A stretch of DNA of 64,000 nucleotides. It comes from an uncultured Oscillospiraceae bacterium (GTDB taxonomy: Bacteria; Bacillota; Clostridia; Oscillospirales; Oscillospiraceae). The notes below the pieces were generated by a model. The model saw only the letters and a list, made by a program, of their open reading frames with translations, was not told where the DNA came from and searched no databases. The stretch is taken from contig CAZVSJ010000001.1 in assembly GCA_964629755.1 (NCBI GenBank), positions 6,817 to 70,816 of the forward strand, read 5' to 3'. Within the stretch, counting starts at the first letter, position 1. Each line of letters begins with the position of its first letter. This document shows positions 46,118 to 54,701 of the stretch, piece after piece. The translations under genes and the position numbers were made by a program.

Positions 46118-49100
46118 ATGCGCTTATCGCAGGAAAAGCTCAGCACATTCGCCCTCCCGGAGGCGACCGCCGCCGGGCTGCGCGCGATGGAATATGAACG
46201 CAGCGCGATCTGCCGCGCGGTGGAGGCCGCGCTCCGTCCCGCGCTGGACAGGCTCTCTCCCCCGCCGGCGGGCGGGTGGCTTGCCTGCGCCTACGCGGAG
46301 CTGTGCCACGGTCTGTTCCCCGACCCGGCGCACACGGCGCTGCCGGAACAGATTGCGGCAGGGCTGGCGCTGCTCCTCCCCGCGCTGGACGCCGCGCTTG
46401 CCTGCGAGGACGCGCCCTTTGACATCCTCACGGATCTTTTGCCCTTTGACGAGGCGCTGTGCGAAGAAAGCCGCGTCCGCGGGGAATACGCGCTGTTTGA
46501 GCGGGAGCTTGCCGCCTCGCGCTACCTTCTGACCCTGCGCCTTGCGCGGGAGGTCATGCCCTTCGACCCCGCCTCGCACACCATCGGCGTGCGCAATATC
46601 GCCGTGCGCACGGCGCTGCTTGCGAAGCAGGCCGGACTGCCGGTCGACGTGCCGCTCGTCGCGGCGGCCTCCCTGTGCCACGACATCGGAAAATTCGCCT
46701 GCCGCGGCGAGGACGCGCGGCGCATCCCCTATTTGCACTATTATTATACCTGGCAATGGCTGACCGACCGCAGCATGGAGCACATCGCCCACATCTCAGC
46801 CAACCACTCAACATGGGATCTGGAATTTGAGAATCTGCCCATCGAGTCGCTGCTGCTGATCTACGCCGACTTCCGCGTGCGCGGCACGCGGGAGGACGGC
46901 CGCGAGACGGTGCGCATCTATCCCCTGTCCAAGGCGTATGAGATGATCATGTCCAAGCTGTGCAACGTCACGCCGGAAAAGAAGAAGCGCTATCGCCTTG
47001 TCTACAGCAAGCTGCGCGATTTCGAGCGTTTTCTGCACGGGCGCGGCATCGAGACGGAGCTGGGCGGCGGCGTCGTCGCCCGGCCGCGCACAGACGTGGC
47101 GCTGCTCCCGGCGCAGGAGGCGCTGGACGCCCTGCGCGACCTGACCTTTGACAATAACATCCGCCTGATGCATACTATCAGCACCGACGCCTCGTTCGAC
47201 CTGCTTTTGGAGCAGGCGCGCGGCGAAAAAAACACCCACCGTATCCGCACCTATCTGCGCCTGTTTGATGAATACAACACCTACATGACGCGCGGCAGCA
47301 AGCAGAAGCTCCTGTCGTTCCTGTATGAGCTTTTGATGTACCCCGAGGGCGACGTGCGCCGCGTCGCGGGCAACATCATGGGCAAGATCCTCGCCAACAG
47401 CGGTCCGAAATACCGCAAGGAGCTGCCCGCCGCCGCGCCGAAGGAGGCCATGGCGCCGACGATGCTGGCGCTGCTGGACGAGTCCGTCGCGCTGTGGGAC
47501 AGTTACATCGAGCTGTGCCTGCACCCCGACCACAAGATCGCGCAGAAGCACGCCATCCGCATTTCCAACTCCCTCAAGGCCATCTGCGAGACGCTGTTTG
47601 CCTCGTGCGAGCCGCACCTGGCGCCCGCGCTGGCAGAGCCGCTGTTTGCCCACCTGGACGGACTGCCGGAGACGGAGTGCTTCGTCCTGCTCGACGCGCT
47701 GTGCCATGTGCCATGCGAGGCGGTGACGCCGGAGCTGTTTGAGCGGGCGCAGCCCCAGCTTCTTTCCATGCTGCAAAGCGGTACGCCGCGCTGGCAGCTC
47801 GTCGCGCTGCGCTGCATCGGCCATCTGCGCCCGTGCGCCGGGGAGGCCTTCCTGCAAAAGGTTGCCGAGGCGCAGCCGGACGAGGACGCCGTCGTGACCT
47901 ATCTGCGCAGCAAACTGTTTGCCCTGCCGCTCGCCCTGCCCGCCGACGTCGGCCTGATCTATCTGAGCAACCTCAAAAACGCCGTGCACTGGACGGTGAA
48001 GAACGCGCAGATCGACCTTCTGTGCGACGACGTCGCCGTCCATCCCGAAAACGCCTTCCACACTGCGATGCACCTTTCCAACCTGCTGTCCGTGAGCGAG
48101 CATTTGCCCGTGCGCGAGCACGCGGGGGAGGCGCTGCTGCGTATCGCGCCGCTTTTGCGCGTGGATCAGCGCAATGAGATCGCCGTCGACCTGCTGCGCG
48201 AGCTGGAAAACGGGCAGGAGCAGATCGCCCGCTTCATTCCCGCATATCTCGGCCGTCTTCTGGGTACCCTTCCCGAAAAGGAGATTGTCGAGGCGGTTGA
48301 CTTTTTAGAGGGCGTGCTGCGCTCCGGCTCCATCCGGCCTGCCGCGCCCGTGCTTCTGGCGCTCGGCAGCCTGATCGCCGCCCTGCCTGAAGGGTACGCC
48401 GAGATCGTTGACCGCTGCCTCGGCCTGCTGCTGACGGGCGTGGCGCACTACAATTCCACCATCCATCAGAACGCGCTGAGCGTTTTGTGCCACGGCGTGA
48501 TCGCCAACGGCGCGCTGCCGACCGGGCTGCGCCGCCACTGCTTCATGCAGGTGAGCAAAAAGCTGCTCGCCCTCTTGTCCGAGCCGACACGCGGCAGGCT
48601 GACCTTCTTCAACCGCGCCGCCATGCTCAACCACCTGTACCGCTTCATGGTCTGCTGCGAGGTCGACGGCGACGCCTTCCGCTTTCCTGTGCCGAAACCC
48701 GTAGCCTTCTTCCCCGGCACGTTCGACCCCTTCTCCGCGGGGCACAAGCAGATCGTGCGCGAGATCCGCGCGCGGGGCTTTGAGGTCTACCTCGCCGTGG
48801 ACGAGTTCTCGTGGAGCAAGCGCACCCTGCCGAAGCTCCTGCGCCGCAAGATCGTCCACATCTCCGTGGCCGACCAGTGGGACACCTACCTGTTCCCGGA
48901 CGATCTGCCCATCAACATCGCCATGCCGCAGGATCTGGCCGCGCTGCGCGCCGTCTTCCCCGGCCGTGAGGTCTATCTCGTCGCGGGCAGCGACGTCATC
49001 CGCAACGCCTCCGCCTACCGCACGGACGCGCCGGGCTGCGCGGCAGAATTTGACCACATCATCATCCGCCGTCCCGCCGCCGAGGAAGCGGGTCTGCCGC

Positions 49101-50725
49101 CCGTCTCTTCTCTGCTGCGCGGCAAGCTGATCGAATTTTTCCTGCCGGAGCAGCTCGAGAGCATCAGCTCCAGCCGCATCCGCGAATATATCGACAAAAA
49201 TCTCGACGTTTCGGCGCTGGTCGACCCGATCGTGCAGGCGTATATCTATGAATACGGCCTGTATCTGCGCTCACCCATGCTCAAGCACGTCCTGAAGCCG
49301 CAGGACTACGCCTTCGGCACGCCGGACACGCAGGACGCGCCGCCGGAGCTGTTCGAGTTCCTGCACCGCACACAGCGGCCAAGCGCCGTCGCGCTCTACC
49401 GCCGCGGCGAGCGCCGCCCCATCGCGTGGGCCTGCGGGCACACGACGGGCATCGCGGAGCTCTACGGCGAGCTGCACGACGTCGAGGCCTGCTCCGCCGT
49501 GCGCCGCTGCACGTCGGGCAAGCTGCTGATGATCGACCGCATTTGCGCCGACGGCGAGCAGACGCGCGCCCTGCTCAACGAGCTTTTGGTGCGCAGTCTG
49601 CGCAGCGACCACACCTACGCCCTGTGCCGCTGCACGGGCGACGACGCCCTGCAAAACGCGCTGGAACAGCTCGGCTTCCTCCCCGTCGAGGGTGCGCCGG
49701 GGCTTTACAGCGTCGATATGCGCGCGCCGATGGTGCTGATTCAGGACGTCTTACTTTGCATCAAGGAGCCGCACCACGACGCGCAGGAGGTGCTCGAGGC
49801 GATCCGCGCAGCCCGTCCGCGCCTGCGTCGCGCCCTCGGCGCGCTGTACCCCGGCAAGCTCCTGCTGTGCTTCGACGCGGAGTTGCTCAACCAGTCGCTG
49901 ATGTTCAAGGTGCAGCAGCACAACAACGTCCTCGGCTCGACCGGAAAGCACCTGGGCAGCCTCATGTGCGTGCCCTACGGCAAGATCCTCTCCGACGAGA
50001 TCGTGCCGAACACCGTGACGAAGACGCTCCACGCCGACAAGAGCTTCGCCCCGGCCGGCGGCAGCTTCTCCGTCGTCGAGTATCCCGGCTACAGCCCGCT
50101 GGAAACGCAGGTGCGCACGATCAAGGCCTTCCGGCGCAGCGTGATCCTCGTGGACGATCTGCTGCACAAGGGCTACCGCATCGGAAAGCTCAATCCGCTG
50201 TTTGAGCGCGAAGGCTTGGAGATCAGCCGCATCATCGTCGGCATCCTCTCCGGGCGCGGACAGGATCTGATGCGCGAGCAGCACCGCCAGGTCGACTGCG
50301 AATACTTTATTCCGAATCTGCACTACTGGGTCACGGAGAGCCTGCTCTATCCCTTTATCGGCGGCGACTCCGTCAGCGAACGCCCGACTGCCGGGCGGAT
50401 GCTCCCCAGCGCCAACCTGATCCTCCCCTATTTCTACCCGCGCCATTTTGCCGGCACGTCCGACGCCGCCGTGCGCGAGCTGAGCCGCACCGCACTGGAA
50501 AACGCGCTGTCGATCCTGCGCGCGTTGGAGACGGTGCATCAGCGCACCTTCAGCACCGCGCTGACCCTGCGCCGCCTGGGCGAAGCCATCGCCTATCCGC
50601 GCCTGCCCGACCGGGGCAAGCGCCTGATCTACGATTTTTCCGTTCCCGCGTCGGCCTATCTGGAGGACGACCTGCTGCTGCTTGACCGCATTCGCACGAG
50701 AGGAGACGCCGTACATGGAGCTTAG
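46118..50725 (+). CDS. 1535-aa multidomain protein: HD hydrolase, helical (HEAT-like) region, HIGH-class nucleotidyltransferase (NadD-like), GNAT-like domain, type I PRTase
   Basis: HTIGV...LCHDIGK...HYYY...H..H...YADF (HD); FPGTFDPFSAGH, GSDV, ISSSRIRE (NTase); LLNELL...LEQLGF (GNAT-like); VILVDDLLHKG (PRTase loop). Confidence 0.8.
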   Translation: MRLSQEKLSTFALPEATAAGLRAMEYERSAICRAVEAALRPALDRLSPPPAGGWLACAYAELCHGLFPDPAHTALPEQIAAGLALLLPALDAALACEDAPFDILTDLLPFDEALCEESRVRGEYALFERELAASRYLLTLRLAREVMPFDPASHTIGVRNIAVRTALLAKQAGLPVDVPLVAAASLCHDIGKFACRGEDARRIPYLHYYYTWQWLTDRSMEHIAHISANHSTWDLEFENLPIESLLLIYADFRVRGTREDGRETVRIYPLSKAYEMIMSKLCNVTPEKKKRYRLVYSKLRDFERFLHGRGIETELGGGVVARPRTDVALLPAQEALDALRDLTFDNNIRLMHTISTDASFDLLLEQARGEKNTHRIRTYLRLFDEYNTYMTRGSKQKLLSFLYELLMYPEGDVRRVAGNIMGKILANSGPKYRKELPAAAPKEAMAPTMLALLDESVALWDSYIELCLHPDHKIAQKHAIRISNSLKAICETLFASCEPHLAPALAEPLFAHLDGLPETECFVLLDALCHVPCEAVTPELFERAQPQLLSMLQSGTPRWQLVALRCIGHLRPCAGEAFLQKVAEAQPDEDAVVTYLRSKLFALPLALPADVGLIYLSNLKNAVHWTVKNAQIDLLCDDVAVHPENAFHTAMHLSNLLSVSEHLPVREHAGEALLRIAPLLRVDQRNEIAVDLLRELENGQEQIARFIPAYLGRLLGTLPEKEIVEAVDFLEGVLRSGSIRPAAPVLLALGSLIAALPEGYAEIVDRCLGLLLTGVAHYNSTIHQNALSVLCHGVIANGALPTGLRRHCFMQVSKKLLALLSEPTRGRLTFFNRAAMLNHLYRFMVCCEVDGDAFRFPVPKPVAFFPGTFDPFSAGHKQIVREIRARGFEVYLAVDEFSWSKRTLPKLLRRKIVHISVADQWDTYLFPDDLPINIAMPQDLAALRAVFPGREVYLVAGSDVIRNASAYRTDAPGCAAEFDHIIIRRPAAEEAGLPPVSSLLRGKLIEFFLPEQLESISSSRIREYIDKNLDVSALVDPIVQAYIYEYGLYLRSPMLKHVLKPQDYAFGTPDTQDAPPELFEFLHRTQRPSAVALYRRGERRPIAWACGHTTGIAELYGELHDVEACSAVRRCTSGKLLMIDRICADGEQTRALLNELLVRSLRSDHTYALCRCTGDDALQNALEQLGFLPVEGAPGLYSVDMRAPMVLIQDVLLCIKEPHHDAQEVLEAIRAARPRLRRALGALYPGKLLLCFDAELLNQSLMFKVQQHNNVLGSTGKHLGSLMCVPYGKILSDEIVPNTVTKTLHADKSFAPAGGSFSVVEYPGYSPLETQVRTIKAFRRSVILVDDLLHKGYRIGKLNPLFEREGLEISRIIVGILSGRGQDLMREQHRQVDCEYFIPNLHYWVTESLLYPFIGGDSVSERPTAGRMLPSANLILPYFYPRHFAGTSDAAVRELSRTALENALSILRALETVHQRTFSTALTLRRLGEAIAYPRLPDRGKRLIYDFSVPASAYLEDDLLLLDRIRTRGDAVHGA

Positions 50726-51935
50726 AAGCTGGAAGGGCTTTTGCCTCTGCGCGATGGGCGGCACGTTCCCGCCGGACGCGCAGGAGGCGGACGAGCTCTT
50801 TTCCCCGCTGGTCTTTCTGGTCGACCGCGACCCGTCGCGTTCACGCGGCTGGTTCCGCATCGACACGATCGACGCGCTTTTCGAGCCGGAGGACTGCGCC
50901 GTCCTGCTGACGCCGGAGCGCCGGTCTGCGCCGGAAAATCTGCGCGATTTTGTCGCGAAAAACGGCGCGACCGTCCTGAATACCGCTTTTTCCCGCGCGT
51001 TTTCCTTCCTTGCGGCGGAGAAAAAGCGCACCGGCCTGCGCGTGACACTGGTCGGGCTGGGCGACGTGGGCGGCACGGTGCTGACCGCACTGAAGCTGCT
51101 CGGCAAGGAGCTTGCCGAGATCCGCATTTTTGACCCGAATGAGGCACAATGCAGGCGCTACGAGCTGGAGCTGAATCAGGTGCTGCCGCCGGACGATAGC
51201 CCCCTGCCGCGCGTGACGATCTGCCCGCCGGAGGCGCTTTTCGACTGCGACCTGTTCCTTTTCACCGCCTCGCGCGGCGTGCCCCCGGTCGGCGCGGACG
51301 TACAGGACGTGCGTATGGCGCAGTACCGCCGCAACGCCGAAATGCTCGCGCACTATGCGCGTCTGGCGCGTGCGGCGAATTTTCCCGGCCTGTTCTGCCA
51401 GATCTCCGACCCTGTCGACCAGCTTGCGCGGGTCGTGTTCCTGCAGAGCAACCGCGACGAGACAGGACGCTTCGACGCGAAGGGACTCCTGCCGGAGCAG
51501 GTGCAGGGCTTCGGCCTCGGCGTGATGGCGGCGCGCGCCGCCGACTGCGCCCGGCGCGAAGGCGTGGACTTTTCCCACGGGCGCGTCTTCGGCCCGCACG
51601 GCAGCGGCCTGATCGTCGCCAACGCCCCTCTGGACTACGACGCCGCCCTCTCCGCGCGGCTGACGGAGCAGACCGTCACCGCCAATCTGCGCGTCCGCGC
51701 GCTGGGCTTCAAGCCCTATATCGCGCCCGCCCTCTCCTCCGCCGCGGTGAGCATCCTGCGCCTCGTGCGCGGACAGGTGCACTACGGCGCGGTGCCGATG
51801 GGCGGCACCTATTTCGGCTGCCGCAGCCGCATGAGCGAAAAGGGGCTTTGCATCGAGCGCGAACCGCTGCACCCGCAGCTTTTTGCCCGCATCCGGGCAG
51901 CCCACCGCGCGTTGGAGGAGTTTTGCTATGATTGA
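50715..51935 (+). CDS. Lactate/malate dehydrogenase-like protein with N-terminal extension
   Basis: VGLGDVGG Rossmann motif, FTAS...DVR, SDPVD, AARA, GPHG; start overlaps the upstream stop by 11 nt. Confidence 0.82.
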   Translation: MELRSWKGFCLCAMGGTFPPDAQEADELFSPLVFLVDRDPSRSRGWFRIDTIDALFEPEDCAVLLTPERRSAPENLRDFVAKNGATVLNTAFSRAFSFLAAEKKRTGLRVTLVGLGDVGGTVLTALKLLGKELAEIRIFDPNEAQCRRYELELNQVLPPDDSPLPRVTICPPEALFDCDLFLFTASRGVPPVGADVQDVRMAQYRRNAEMLAHYARLARAANFPGLFCQISDPVDQLARVVFLQSNRDETGRFDAKGLLPEQVQGFGLGVMAARAADCARREGVDFSHGRVFGPHGSGLIVANAPLDYDAALSARLTEQTVTANLRVRALGFKPYIAPALSSAAVSILRLVRGQVHYGAVPMGGTYFGCRSRMSEKGLCIEREPLHPQLFARIRAAHRALEEFCYD

Positions 51936-52959
51936 CGTTTTGATGCCGAGGGCACAGGCGCGGCTCAGCGCGGCGTTGGAGTATGCCTTACAGGACGTAG
52001 AATACCGTTTTCTCCCGCCGGACGCCCCGCTGCAAAACAGGCGCGTCCTGTTTGCCCTCGCCACGGACGATTGCGGCATGGACGAGGCGACGCTGCGCCT
52101 GCTGCGCCGCCTGCGAAGTGACGCGCACGCGATGGACGGCAGCATTGGCGCTCTGCTCGTCGACGGCGAGAGCGAGCTTTACACCAAGCAGCTTGCGCAG
52201 GAGACGGCGCTCGCCGCCAATCTGTCCGGCTGCGCGTTTTTCGGCAAGCCTCTCGTCGAGGGCACCGGCTCGCTCTACAACCAGCACATTCTCGCTGCAA
52301 AGGCGGGAAAGGGCCTGCGCGAGACATATTTTTCCCGCGCAGGGGAGCTGGCGCGGGAGCTTGACCGCTTCACCGCGCCGAAATTCGGGCGACCGCGCCT
52401 TGTCGTGCTGCACGCGTCGGAGCAGGGCCGCTCCGGCACGCTCTGGCTGTGGGAGCGGCTGCGCGAGCGGCTGGAAGGCTGCTACGACATCCGCGAGATC
52501 CCGCTGCAAAACGGCACGATCCACGACTGCCGCGGCTGCTCCTACGGTGCGTGCCTGCACTATGCGCAGAACGACTCCTGCTTCTACGGCGGCGCGATCG
52601 CCGAGACCGTTCTGCCCGCCATCCGCGACTGCAACGCGATGCTCTTCCTCTGCCCGAACTACAACGACGCGGTCGGCGCAAACATCACCGCCCTGTTTAA
52701 CCGCCTGACGAGTCTGCTGCTGCAAAGTGATCTTCGCGAAAAATACCTCTTCGGCATCGTCGTCTCCGGCTATTCCGGCAGCGACCTTGTGGCAAAGCAG
52801 CTTCTGGGCGCGATGTGCCTGAACAAGGGCGCCATGCTCCCGCCGCGCTTCTGCATGATGCAGACGGCGAACGACCTGCCCGCCGCGAAGCAGCTCCCCG
52901 GCATCGAGGCGCAGCTCGACGCCTTCGCCGCCGCGATGCGCAGCGCCATGTGCTTCTGA
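51928..52959 (+). CDS. Tandem flavodoxin-fold / iron-sulfur flavoprotein (NADPH-dependent FMN reductase-like)
   Basis: Two flavodoxin-like halves; CRGC-x4-C-x8-C cluster, CPNYN, SGYSG; overlaps the upstream stop by 8 nt. Confidence 0.8.
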   Translation: MIDVLMPRAQARLSAALEYALQDVEYRFLPPDAPLQNRRVLFALATDDCGMDEATLRLLRRLRSDAHAMDGSIGALLVDGESELYTKQLAQETALAANLSGCAFFGKPLVEGTGSLYNQHILAAKAGKGLRETYFSRAGELARELDRFTAPKFGRPRLVVLHASEQGRSGTLWLWERLRERLEGCYDIREIPLQNGTIHDCRGCSYGACLHYAQNDSCFYGGAIAETVLPAIRDCNAMLFLCPNYNDAVGANITALFNRLTSLLLQSDLREKYLFGIVVSGYSGSDLVAKQLLGAMCLNKGAMLPPRFCMMQTANDLPAAKQLPGIEAQLDAFAAAMRSAMCF

Positions 52960-53032
52960 GCGCTTTCCCCTGTTGCTTTTTCCCGCGCGGTTCGTTATAA
53001 TGATAGATAAGTACGAATACGGAGGTTTACCT

Positions 53033-54127
53033 ATGGAACGCTCGAAGGTCTATTTTACCAATTTCCACACCAATATGCGCGAAAGCCTGCAGCAGAAGCT
53101 CTCGCGCCTGCTCCTGACGGCAGGCATGGACAAGCTCCCGCTGGAGGGCAAGTATGTCGCGATCAAGCTGCACTTCGGCGAGCCGGGCAATCTCGCCTAT
53201 CTCCGCCCGAATTACGCCCGCACCGTCGTCGACCTCGTCAAGCAGCTCGGCGGCAAGCCCTTCCTGACCGACTGCAACACGCTCTATGTCGGCGGCCGCA
53301 AAAACGCCCTCGACCATCTGGAATCCGCCTATCAAAACGGCTTCAACCCCTATAACGTCGGCTGCCACCTGCTGATCGCCGACGGTCTGAAGGGCACGGA
53401 CGACGTCGACGTCCCCGTGGACGGCGAATACGTCACCTCCGCCAAGATCGGCCGCGCGCTGATGGACGCGGATGTCGTGATCTCGCTGACGCACTTCAAG
53501 GGCCACGATTCGACGGGCTTCGGCGGCGCGATCAAGAATCTCGGCATGGGCGGCGGCTCTCGCGCGGGCAAGATGGAAATGCACTCGGCGGGCAAGCCCT
53601 TCGTCGACGAGAAGACCTGCATCGGCTGCGGCTCGTGCGCCAAGGCCTGCGCCCACGGTGCGCCCATTTTGGAGGGCCGCAAGATGCACATCGACTGGGC
53701 CAAGTGCCTCGGCTGCGGCCGCTGCATCGGCGCGTGCCCCGTCGACGCCATCCAGCCGGCCAACGACGAGAGCAACATCATCCTGAACTGCAAAATGGCG
53801 GAGTACACCAAGGCCGTCCTGCAAAACCGCCCGTCCTTCCATATCAGCCTTGTCATGGACGTCTCGCCCGTTTGCGACTGCTACGGCCTCAACGACGTGC
53901 CGATCATTCCCGACGTCGGAATGTTCGCCTCGTTCGACCCCATCGCCCTCGATCAGGCGTGCGTAGACGCGTGCAACAAGATGCCGCGCAACGCCGAGGT
54001 CGAATTCCCCGGCGCAGGCGACGACCTGTTCACCGCCCTGCACACCGAGACGGATTGGCGCTACCAGATCTCGCACGGCAAGAAGATCGGCCTCGGCACG
54101 GACGAGTACGAGTTAATCGAGATTTAA
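53033..54127 (+). CDS. DUF362 domain Fe-S protein with inserted 2[4Fe-4S] ferredoxin domain
   Basis: AIKLHFGE, THFKGH, GGAIKNLGMG, CIGCGSC...C, CLGCGRCIGACP, CDC, DPIALD; own TATAAT about 52996. Confidence 0.88.
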   Translation: MERSKVYFTNFHTNMRESLQQKLSRLLLTAGMDKLPLEGKYVAIKLHFGEPGNLAYLRPNYARTVVDLVKQLGGKPFLTDCNTLYVGGRKNALDHLESAYQNGFNPYNVGCHLLIADGLKGTDDVDVPVDGEYVTSAKIGRALMDADVVISLTHFKGHDSTGFGGAIKNLGMGGGSRAGKMEMHSAGKPFVDEKTCIGCGSCAKACAHGAPILEGRKMHIDWAKCLGCGRCIGACPVDAIQPANDESNIILNCKMAEYTKAVLQNRPSFHISLVMDVSPVCDCYGLNDVPIIPDVGMFASFDPIALDQACVDACNKMPRNAEVEFPGAGDDLFTALHTETDWRYQISHGKKIGLGTDEYELIEI

Positions 54128-54424
54128 GATCTCGATGATCTCTTCGCGGCTGCGCAGGCCGCTGATGCGCTGGACGATCTCGCCGTCGTGCATAAGCACC
54201 ATCGTCGGCACGCGCAGGATGTCGAACTGGTGCGCGAGCCCCTCCTGCCGGTCGACGTCCACGGCGCAGAATTTGCACCGCGCGCCATAGCGCGCATCGA
54301 GCTGCTCCAGCGTCGCGGAAAGCGCCCTGCAAGGCGCGCAGCGCTCCGAATAGAATTCGAGCAGCACCGGCACCGCCGCCTCCTCGACCTCCGCTTTGAA
54401 GTTTTCCCGCGTCACGTTTTTCAT
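54113..54424 (-). CDS. Thioredoxin-family protein
   Basis: VLLEFYSERCAPC active site, cis-Pro motif VPT; 103 aa. Confidence 0.88.
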   Translation of the reverse strand: MKNVTRENFKAEVEEAAVPVLLEFYSERCAPCRALSATLEQLDARYGARCKFCAVDVDRQEGLAHQFDILRVPTMVLMHDGEIVQRISGLRSREEIIEILNLD

Positions 54425-54630
54425 ATCCGCCGCTCCCCTGCGCTTTTCGGTAGTTTGCGCACAGGAGCGGCGAATTATTTGCAGCGCTTCATCAAAAGTG
54501 ACATTTCGTTGAAAAATGTCATAAATTATTTTGTATGACTGTGCAAAATAGACAAAATTTCCTCAAAATTTTTGGTCGCCTGCAAAAACATTTTGTATTG
54601 CAAGCGTGCCGGTTTTCTGTTATGATATAG

Positions 54631-54680
54631 GTGTCGAAGTTGCTTTGCTTCGTCAATAGCACGCCGCCGGTTGGGCGGTG
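54631..54680 (+). ncRNA. Candidate structured leader RNA upstream of the purine permease
   Basis: Begins right after TTGCAA-N17-TATGAT; two hairpins CGAAG/CTTCG and CGCCGCC-GGTTG-GGCGGTG. Confidence 0.45.
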
Positions 54681-54701
54681 AAAAAAACGGAGGGAGTTTT
54701 T

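Noticed and set aside
48700-49260. Calling the giant gene simply nadD
   Set aside because: The NadD-like part is under 15% of the protein, its HxGH motif is altered, and the usual nadD context (yqeK, rsfS, yhbY) is absent
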